NCBI GenBank assembly: GCA_051362555.1
Contig: CM120641.1
Coordinates: 31,316,401-31,380,400 of the forward strand
Direction: 5' to 3'
DNA length: 64,000 nt
From: Lingula anatina
Taxonomy: Eukaryota > Animalia > Brachiopoda
This document shows positions 12,202-22,034 of this stretch, piece after piece. A model generated the notes under the pieces. That model was not told the DNA's origin, searched no databases, and saw only the letters and a program-made list of their open reading frames with translations. Each line of letters starts with the position of its first letter. Within the stretch, counting starts at the first letter, position 1. Made by a program: the position numbers and the translations under genes.

Positions 12202-13325
12202 ATATAGGGGGTTTTACATGTTCGGAGAGAAGAGTGTAGTAATTGTGTTTGACGTTGTTTAAAAAAAACTGTCATTCATAGTCGTGTGCGATTAACACTT
12301 TTCATCAAAGCTGAATTAGCCTGTTTGAATTTGACACATTCCTGTCTATATCAATATATGTCGTAACATTCTGAAGGTGTAGCGCATTTTCTTTTCTTTT
12401 TTTTTTCTTGCAGCGCGTTAAAAAACATCGGTTTTTTTTATTTCAACCGAGAGACTGAAATTTAACAACGTGAAAGAGTCCCGGGTTCTTTCACAGGCGT
12501 TTTTAATTGTACTAAAAATCAGTTGTCATTCTTTTTCTGGATATGATGTAAAATGACTATACATGAATTAACGTTGTTGTCGATGTTTGTTGCTCCATGA
12601 TCCTTTCTTTGGTGCTCGTACGAAATCGGAACTTCGTATACGAACTGAACATATTACTTTAATCATACTCATGTTCTTTTACACCCGATGAATATTTTTG
12701 GGTCATTTTTAGAGAACGAATGGTATAAAAAGTAAAACCTTGCCATCTTTTTCATGAGCTACGGAGAGAGAAATGCCGAGATAATGATGTTAGTGACCAG
12801 GTAAAATTAAAAACTACCGGTTTTGTTCGTTCCTTATAAAGGGCCGGGGCAATAAGTAGCCCGTCTCTGTATATTGACAGGAGCGTGCGTGAAAACTGTT
12901 GTTTTCAATTAAACTACACAATTAAAACTGACAAATTAAAACTGAAAACAATTTTATGCAATGCGTTTACAATCTTTCGAGCTTAAATATGCGATATATT
13001 TTTAGTAGTATAAAATTAAGTATAAAAACTCCAGATTTCAATTACGTGTGAATAGGAATAAGTCGGGCTGGTCTAATCAAAGACTTGAAATTCTTGGTTT
13101 AATTTAATGAAGTTGTTTTTAAAGCCCCCTGCCCACTTTTTCCCGTCAACACAGGAAGGGACAGGCTTCTATTTCTTCTTCTCCTTCTTCTTCTTTTTTT
13201 TGTGGGAGCGAAAACTGGTCGAAATTTAACACTTTTTGAGACCTTTCCTGCCATCCGTAATCACAACGCATGGATTTGTGCTTGTCGTCGCAATGAGGCC
13301 GAGACCGCAGCACAGGCAGCCTGAG

Positions 13326-13575
13326 CAGTGGCTTGTTTAGGGGGGTCTCAGGGGGGTCCTGCCCCCACCCCTTCAGTTTCTGGATATTAAACCACACCAA
13401 TACTCCTCTCTTGACCAGCTTAATCATAGTTCTAGACCGTAGCAAATGGCACTGTTCGCCCTCTAAAATACCAAAAATTATCGGTACCCTTCAGCGGGCC
13501 CCGAACCCCACGTCAAAGGGGATGGAGGAGGGGGCGAGGGTCAGTTTCGCATCTGAGGCCTGTCATCCGCCCCTG
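13326..13575. mobile_element. MITE family A copy 4
   Basis: cagtggcttgtttagggggg ... catccgcccctg, with an interior matching copy 1. Confidence 0.7.
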
Positions 13576-13880
13576 AGTAAACTGTTACCATTCGTGCATG
13601 ATAACTGGTTATTCACTGGTACATGGAAGTATTGGCAAGTGCGACCGCCCATCACATAACCCCAGCAGTCGAGTTAAAACTGGCGGCGAATGAAAATGTG
13701 TTCGAATTTTACATTCTTTCCTCCCATTCCTAACCTGGCATGGTTGATCAACTTTATTCAGGTGTAGATAAGGTGAGCTGAAAACCTGGTTTTTTAATTT
13801 CTTTTTCAGACAGCTCTCAGTCAAATTTATACTTCCGGGGCCGTGGCTCTCTTCGACGTATTTCCTCTTCGACAGCTTTA

Positions 13881-14167
13881 CAGGGGCGGATCCAGGGTTA
13901 TTTGAAGGTGGTGGTGGTGGTGGTGGTGGGGGGGGGGGGGGGGGGGGGGGTCCGCGGATGCGAAATCAACACCCACCCCCTTTTACATGGCGTGGGGTTC
14001 TACCGGTGAAGGGCCCTAAAACTTTTGGTATTTTTAGAGGGCGAACGGTGCCATTTGGTATTTGATACGGTTTAGCACTGTAAATCAGCTAGTCAATATT
14101 CTAAATCCAATAGGGGAATATTAGTGTGATTTTTTTCAGAACCCTCCCCCCTCCAAATCCGCCACTG
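13881..14167. mobile_element. MITE family A copy 5 (full length, opposite orientation to copy 4)
   Basis: caggggcggatccagg ... ccaaatccgccactg, with imperfect TIRs. Confidence 0.75.
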
Positions 14168-14169
14168 CT

Positions 14170-14380
14170 TTTACTAACACTACCCGCTGATCTTTTAGCT
14201 CTAACACCCATTTTAACCACAAAACATACAGATTATCCAACACTACCAGAGCGGATGAATGTTAGTGCTATAGGTTTTGCTTCGTTGGTGTTAAATAACT
14301 GTGTGGTGCGTTGGCTAATCCGTGGGTTTTGTGGTTAATATAGGCGTTAGTACTAAAGATTTGCAGCTAGTGTCAGTAAA
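14170..14380. repeat. ~210-bp foldback (long inverted repeat), probable MITE
   Basis: tttactaacacta...ttaaccacaaaacatacagattatccaac pairs with gttggctaatccgtgggttttgtggttaa...tagtgtcagtaaa. The imperfect arms are about 70 bp. Confidence 0.75.
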
Positions 14381-14846
14381 CGCCTGATCCGTTTATAAGG
14401 CCTGGAAGTCCCAAACAAAATTTTATTGAAACTGCTGCCATAAATGATAACTTGATAAGTCAACTTACATTTCTTGATCCTCTTCCCAAAGCAATTTCGT
14501 TGATGTATAATTAAAAAAAGCTTCAAATTTTCTTATTCATCTTGGTCTTTAGATAATCTAAGAGATCAAATATCTATCCAGGTATCAGGACGCCCCCCCC
14601 CCCGGACAATCCCCCTGTAATGAATTTAATAATGAAAATGAAAATGCCATATTGAGAAAAATTATAAATGCCTGCTTTTAATAAAACTCTATCTCCAGGT
14701 GATGGGTAAGCAGATAACCTCACTCTACAGGTATCTCTTTGATGAAATTACTGGAAGTTTTAATTGTTTTACCACTGCCCCATGACAGAAATAAACAAGC
14801 TCCGAAATTTATCATCTTTTTTTCTAATTTCATTTTTGCCCCCCAT

Positions 14847-15411
14847 CCACGGCCTTCTCCACATCCCTTCCCCTCCCCACGGCCTTTTCCACTTCCCTGC
14901 CCCTCCCCACGGCCTTTTCCACTTCGCTGCCCCTCCCCACGCCCTTCTCCACGTCCCTGCCCCTCCACACGGTCTTCTCCACATCCCTGCCCCTCGCCAC
15001 GACCTTCTCCCCGTCCCTGCCCCTCCCAGCGGCCTTCTCCACATCCCTGCCCCTCCCCACGACCTTCTCCACGTCCCTGCCCCTCCCAGCGGCCTTCTCC
15101 ACATCCCTGCCCCTCCCCACGGCCTTCTCCACATTCCTGCCCCTCCCCACGGCCTTCTCCACGTCCCTGCCCCTCCCCACGGCCTTCTCCACATTCATGC
15201 CCCTCCCCACGGCCTTCTCCACGTCCCTGCCCCTCCCCACGGCCTTCTCCACATTCATGCCCCTCCCCACGGCCTTCTCCACGTCCCTGCCCCTCCCCAC
15301 GGCCTTCTCCACGTCTCTACCCCTCCCCGCGGCCTTCCCCACGGATTTACACCTCCCTGCAGCCTTCTCCACGCCCCCCCCCCCCCCCCCCCCCCCCACG
15401 GCCTTCTCCAC
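14847..15411. repeat. 30-bp C-rich minisatellite, about 18 copies
   Basis: The unit ggccttctccacatccctgcccctccccac is in exact 30-bp register from 14851. Confidence 0.97.
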
Positions 15412-16367
15412 GTGAGGTACATAGTTGTATTTCATGTGCCATTTCTACACTAGGCGAGTACAGCTGTGTAACATGAATGGAGAAAGTTCGGCTATTGCCT
15501 GCTGGATTTTTTTTTTTTTTGTATTACCGCCAAATTCTATAAAAATTTCTTAATTTTCTCAAGCAGATGTTTTTTTGTTTTGTTTGCTTTTTAATTTGGG
15601 AAAATGCAACGATTGGCTAGAGAGCCGATTGTTCTCGTCTGCTGAACGTTATTGATATTTGATGGCCTTGTTATAAGCTCTCCAGGCTCCACCCTTAGTT
15701 CAGAAATGACCTAGAACATTGAGGCCCACATTCCGTCTTCCTTTTCTTATCTAACCAAATTAAATCAAGACAATATCAAATTGAGAGGTAGAATGGGGTT
15801 TAATAATTCTGCCAAACTGCCGTACACTAGTCCTTGGAGGGTGTCAACTACCAGAGTATAGAACTCAAACAAGACAGATAGGGCCTACATATAGGCCTAC
15901 CGTTTTCAAAAAACTTCCTTCCTTTTAAATAATGAACAATGCTTATAAAATCAAATTCTTTTCAACCAATATATCATCAATTTATATTTGAATGCGCCTG
16001 ATGTGCCCCGATTCTCCTCCGATATAGTGTGTTAGTTGTGACAGATATGTTGATTGCGTTTTCACTGCGGGTCTTTTTTTTTTCATCAACAGACTTGTTC
16101 TTTCGGATCGGAATACTATTTTCAAGCATTTCGCACGTTATGGAATATATCTAGGATTATTTACTACGTAACAAAATGCCATCTTCTCCCATTCAATCGC
16201 CACTGGCACCTTGCCTTACATATTCAAAGATTCAGTGAAGATTTTTCGGGATTGGAAAGCGCGGAATACATTTAGTTTTGCAAGTTAACACAATCGAAAA
16301 GGAGTGCATTTTAGTTTATTGGGTAAGTATAAAGACTTACCCAATAGACATTCATTTGGGCTTGTTG

Positions 16368-16821
16368 TATACATGTCGACTCTCCCGGATAATCTGGGAG
16401 TCTCCCGGATACAGAACGAATCTACCGGTCACCCGTACATGTAACCAAATCTCCCGGATAAAAGCGACTTTTACAAATTTTCACCACTGTCAGCTAACGC
16501 CCTGTCGATTTATTTTCAGAATAGTTGGGTGATCTCTTGAAAACTTCTCTTCTAATTGTTTGAGATAGGGGTCCCCCCCCCCCCCCCCCCGACTTTTACA
16601 AATATTCACCACTGTCAGCTAACGCCCTGTCGATTTATTTTCAGAATAGTTGGGTGATCTCTTGAAAACTTCTCTTCTAATTGTTTGAGATAGGGGTCCC
16701 CCCCCCCCCCCCCCCCGACTTTTACAAATATTCACCACTGTCAGCTAACGCCCTGTCGATTTATTTTCAGAATAGTTGGGTGATCTCTTGAAAACTTATC
16801 TTCTAATTGTTTGAGATAGGG

Positions 16822-16854
<33 letters not shown>

Positions 16855-16939
16855 ACTGAGCACCTGAGCACAACCCCCCCCTTATTGAGCAAAATTTTAG
16901 AATCTCCAGATTTTAGATTTCCAGAGGTGGGCATCTCTG
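16368..16939. mobile_element. Probable hAT-like MITE with ctcccgga subterminal repeats
   Basis: Left end tatacatgtcgactctccc and right end gaggtgggcatctctg form a weak TIR. ctcccggat occurs three times near the left end. No clear TSD. Confidence 0.45.
16466..16854. repeat. Near-identical ~125-bp tandem triplication, each unit ending in poly-C
   Basis: gacttttacaaat...gagataggggt(c)n starts at 16466, 16591 and 16717. Confidence 0.95.
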
Positions 16940-17418
16940 TTATTTGACACCTGGCAGGATCAGGTATACAATATATATGTGAGTAGAAAAGTAGAAAATT
17001 TCATGCCTAGAAAACTTTGATTATATCTGGTTTTCTTAGAATGTGTTTCCATAGTAACAAAGCTTCCATGGATACCCATCTGTTGCTGCATGATTGTCAA
17101 ATATGGCCTTATGGGCCATTTTAAAATTTTTGAATGAAATTTAAGACATTTTGTAAAAACTGCTGCAATGTAAAACTTATAACACTGTTTTATCTCCCCA
17201 CAAGGTTGTTCGTAACTGCAAAAAAAAAGTTTAAAGTATTAAAAAAAAGTAAAAGTGAAAAGCTGAAAATATAGCCAAAATGTCATGAGCATAACACTGT
17301 TTAGCTGCAATTGATTCAAACTTTTTAAAGGTCACATTATTTAAAAACTGTACATGGCATTTGTTCAACTTATTGCTTGTAGTTAAACAAGTTATCCACT
17401 GGATCTAACCCTCCCCCT

Positions 17419-17450
<32 letters not shown>

Positions 17451-18539
17451 ATTTTTCCTGGGGTAAGGAGCAATTTTTTCCTACTCACTAACTGCTTGAC
17501 CCATGGATTCTATGTTTATTCCGTTTTTAGTTTAAAATGACTGGCCAGTGAAATAGATCATCTACGGTCACACACATTGCCTAGTTTTCACACAAGAAAA
17601 TAGGTTGTTCAGTATTGCAGCCCTGTGCCATGTATAATTATAGACCTTGCAAGCTGGCACTGGCTAGGTGCTAAGAAAATAATAATGACACTAGGTATGC
17701 ACCAGATAGGTGACTTTTGATCTATTTTTTTTTTTGTTCAATATAACTGTTATATGATGATTCTAAAGAAAAAATGTGACAAAACCCGTGTCTTGTTATT
17801 ACAAATAGTAATGCAGTAGGTGAAAATGTGTAGTTTATTCAAAAATTTACTTGGACCTCAGTAAATCCAGTAGATTTTAGGAAACTGGTGGTCCAATTGG
17901 CCAGAAAACTGAAAAGTTTATGGCAAAGATTGTACTAATAAAGGAGCCTTTTTTCAAATTTAAAGATCAATATCAAATTTACCAAAATATAGCTTAGATA
18001 ATTTTTTTCTATTGTGTTACACGTATAAGATTTTCGTAAATTTATACTTTTTAAACCATCAGTTAAATTTACGTTTTTGTGTCATCACAAGTGCCTTTGG
18101 GTGGCAGAGGGTTAATGCTGCCCTTCCATTATAGTCCTCATGTCAAATATATACATATGTGAGGAGTGAAACTATGCTAAATGCAGGGATATTTTATCCC
18201 ACTGGAAATGAAGCAGTGGGATTTTTGCCTATGAGTGGGATTTTTTTGGTAATCATGTTTTAATACATTTGATGGTCATCAATATTGTAATACTAGAGGT
18301 AAATTACATATTGATTTGGTGCTTTATTCTTTTTTTTTTTTATTCAATCTGATTTTTTTTCTCTTTAATAACAATAAAACCTGTAGTGATGTTTCAAACC
18401 ACATCCATATCAGGAGGGCCTGTTTTATTGACAGAAACAACAGTTTAATTCTCATGCACTGTCTCATAAAAGCAAAGTCAGTTTACTTATGATTACAAGT
18501 GGAAAATCACCCTCTGCTTTTTTGCCTCCAATTTTTTAG

Positions 18540-19485
18540 ACAACTAACAAAATCAAAGTAATCCCTTCCTTCTATTTTTATTCTCATGAGTGCATCAATT
18601 TTCTCTGGATTGAGTCTATTTCTTAGTGCAGTTGTAATTAATTTTTTTCCAATCCGCTGTGTGCACTGGATGTGCCAGTGCCAAAGAGGCTAACATTATG
18701 AGATTTGGAAATTGATCCTTATGATCAGTAGCTATCAATTCCCAGAGTTTTGCAGTTGAATGCCTTGGGTAACACTGAGTAAGAAGATCATTTTTTTACA
18801 ATTCTCCATTCTTTCTTCACCTCTTGAGCATCAATAAGGGTCTTGGACACAGATTCCTTTGAATTCATTGTGTGCATTTTCTCCCCAAAGTGAGATGTCA
18901 GCATTTCCATGGATTCATCCCCCCAACACTGCAGCTCATCCTGACTGAGTAGAGAAATGGGCTTCATCCCCAAAACACAGAAAGAGGACATCAGCTCCTG
19001 GTCAGGGAATCTGGGAATAATACAATACAGAACTAAATTCTAAGATGCACACAAAGTAAAAACTTCTTTTTAATAAAAAGAAAAATTAAATTATTGATTT
19101 GAAAATAATTATAAATAATAATATTTGGCTATAATTGAAAAAGTCATTAAATTTGTTATAAATCAAAGCGAGTACTTAAAAAGGAATGAATAATTTAAGA
19201 AAACTCATAATCTTTAATGGCACAACTTGTAATGTATTGGGGAAATCAATTAATATCATATGGGTTTAAAATCAAAATATTAATTAAGATTATCAAGCAT
19301 AGCTTGGATGGAATCCCTTTTAATAACCTCAGTCTTGTACTTTGAGTGTGCAACCACATGGTTCACTTTGAAAGTAGCTCCAATAAGGTGCTCCTCTAAT
19401 TGTTTGCTAAAGGTCTAGATGCACAGATCCATCTTTAATGACCTTCAAGTCCATTTTGCAGCTATCCACAACTGGCTGGAAGTCA
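18540..19485 (-). pseudogene. hAT-family transposase C-terminal relic (ZNF862-like) with one intron
   Basis: Minus-strand pieces read QPVVDSCKMDLK...IKRDSIQAMLDNL (19485-19285), then an AG acceptor at 19012-19011. After it come FPDQELMSSFCVL...KKEWRIVK, LWELIATDHKDQFPNLIMLASLALAHPVHTAD and TALRNRLNPEKIDALMRIKIEG, matching the hAT dimerisation-domain pattern. Frameshifts and a deletion are present. Confidence 0.8.
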
Positions 19486-20339
19486 TGTTTAATTTGCATA
19501 AATTTAACACCAAGCCTTTGGTTGGTTTCTAGAGACTCACTACAATCTATGTGATCTCTACCTTTATTCTGTACAATCCAGGTATTGGTGTCACTGGTCC
19601 ACTTCTATCTGCTGACTATATGTTCTACTCTACACTACTTCTGACTACTTCATGTGAAGACACAAGACTCTAATGACAGTATATTGCAAATTCTTCTCCT
19701 TATATACTAATACATAAGGACAATTACATTACAGTGATTCCTTAACAAGTCAGAGATATTGAAGCCAGTTAACAGAATTAAGACATACTGCAGGAGACCT
19801 TTAACACAATTAGACCAAGGCGGATTTAAACTTTAAATAGAAGATGAAGCCATAAATGAAGTTATTCAGTCCTGAAAACATCCTGCAGAACTTTAATGTA
19901 ATTTTAACTTGGACATCTAAATACATTTATTATACACTGACATCTGACTTGATTTGTGTAGAAGTTTAATGTAATTTACTGAAATATATTTACTTAATAT
20001 AATTTTAAGACATCTAAACATAATTTAATTACATATAACTTGAACTAAAATAGGGATTTTCTGAAATTAAATTTGGCCATGAAATCACCTCTATGATAAA
20101 TTAATAACAGAAAACTATTTTTGTCAACCTAAAACTGAAAGCTGTACTTCTTGTTTGTTTCAGTATGTTATAGCAAAAACTTAAAACTTTTGAAAAGTAC
20201 CGTAAGTTAAATCATTAGCACTAAATTTAATAAGTGACATAGTTATCATAAATAAACTTAAAAAGCCTGACTTTTACCTTTGCAGTTCCTATGTCAATGA
20301 CTTTCATTTGGAAAAATAAACTCAGCTGATGATCAATTG

Positions 20340-21565
20340 TTTGTACCAATTTTCAGAAACTACACAGACCTAAGCTGTCATATTATAGTGAGGGATTACA
20401 ATCAGCAACTCCTTTCATCTTTGGGAGTATGGGGTTAATCGGTGCATTTTCATGGGAGAAGCAATCATTAGATACCGAAACTGAAAACTCTCTCTAATTC
20501 TGGAACCGTAAAAGCTAGAGACCTTTTGTTTTTTGCATTTTTTGTAGAACTTGTCAAATGTAATACTGGAGGTGGTGTCCTTTTTTTTTTTTTTTGTTTT
20601 CGACATGGTTTTTTCATTGCACTATATAAAAAAATACAATGTTGCAATATTCAGTGGTGAAAATGAAATGTGAATTATTCCAAAATTAGCAGAGCTATGC
20701 CCATAGTTACTATTGAACTAAGGACGTCATATACTGGTAATCTAACTGTGACCTTAAAATTGACCTTTGACCTACTTTTCATTATGAACTGCACTTTGCA
20801 AGTTTTCCAATCTTCATGTCTCCAAAACTGGCAAAGATACACCCATAATTAATACCTTTTGTGTTACACGTGACTGGCCTTATTTTTCGAGCGTGGTACA
20901 TTATTGGAGCGCAATATTCTGCGTGAAACGTGATTCAGGAACTTCTTTGTTACGCGTTATTAATTGGTACGAATTCATCAACGTGAGTCGTAAAAATGTT
21001 TAATTAGCATTAGAGTAATTTGTTCTAGATAGTCCCAAACTTTGTATCATGATTGTAGGGCGATCATTCACTGGAGATAAATTCAACAAACTCTTCAAAC
21101 AAGGCAGGTAGAAAAGTGGAAATGTGAGTAGTTTGTTACTTTCCTGTTCTATTCGTATATCATCGCCTTAGTCTCTGTCACGGGAATCCTGACCAATAAG
21201 AATGGCTGAATATCTCTAAACAGACGATTCATGTCATTCAACATACGAAATTAATTATTCTGGGAATGTTATGAATTCTTTGCATTCCTGCAAGTATAGC
21301 AATTTTCTATCTTGATGAATGGTGATAGCTTTCAAATCCTCGTGATTGGTGATTGACCTGAATATATCTTCGTGATTGGTGATTGCCCTGTTTTAATTCT
21401 TCGTGATTGGTGATTAAGGGGGAGTATTTCTTACCCTCATTGAACTTGAAAATGATGTCATATACTGCCAATCTAACTGTGATCCTGAAATTGACCTTTG
21501 ACCTAATTTTCACCATGAACTGAACTTTGCAAATTTTCTATCCCTTATATCTCAAAAACTGGCGA
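20340..21565 (+). mobile_element. Older, inverted, fragmented copy of the 146-bp-repeat element at 1-3682
   Basis: 20340-20660 is the diverged reverse complement of about 2930-3235 (compare ORF 20415..20606 with ORF 2947..3162). 20700-20850 and 21440-21565 are reverse-complement 146-bp units with tgacctttgacct at 20761 and 21492. Confidence 0.8.
20864..21439. mobile_element. ~575-bp unrelated insertion splitting a 146-bp unit; carries tcgtgattggtgatt repeats at about 30-bp period
   Basis: The host unit reads cccataattaa...attgaacttgaa across the gap. The motif occurs at about 21341, 21371 and 21402. Family not identified. Confidence 0.5.
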
Positions 21566-21750
21566 TATTTTCACTTTTTTCCAAACTTGCTGTTCTTTTT
21601 CCAGATGAGCCTTTCCATTAGACACAATCAACTTTTAAATCCAACTTAATCAAAATTATTAATGTTTAGCTATTTTAGTCTGATAAATATATCACTTTTT
21701 AAAATTGAATTTCCATTTTTTTAAAAATACATTGTACATTTCTCTTCCAG

Positions 21751-22034
21751 GTGACCTTTTCCATACAGCGTGGGGGCTTTTTTGGTGAACTGATACTTCC
21801 TGTCTGGTCATGGCCAATTCCTATAGAAAAAACAGGCAGCAAAAGACAGCAGCAAGAGCAATGGATTGTGTCATCCATGTCTACAATAGGTAGTAGGCAA
21901 GCTTTGGGACATTGTCAAAAGGTGTGCTAAACCCCAATTCCAAAAACAAATTGTAAGGAGGAATCTGCATCTGGTATTAGTAGTAAGGAGAAGTCTTGAA
22001 TGGGTATATATTGTTTCCCAGAAGACAATTATGG
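21751..22034 (+). other. Exon-like segment, most diverged (edge) copy; unidentified, probably pseudogenic
   Basis: Acceptor is tttctcttccag|G and candidate donor is GG|gtaatt. The segment is more GC-rich than its flanks. Frame 1 reads 94 codons with two stops. Confidence 0.4.

Noticed and set aside
14720-15476. Six overlapping ORFs encoding proline- or glycine-rich proteins
   Set aside because: They result from a stop-free 30-bp repeat unit and have no unique coding flanks.
16054-16330. Possible first exon ending at gg|gtaagt (~16322)
   Set aside because: A single donor consensus, with no supported ORF or downstream exon, is insufficient.
18090-18115. piggyBac-like end (gagggttaa)
   Set aside because: No convincing matching left terminus was found.
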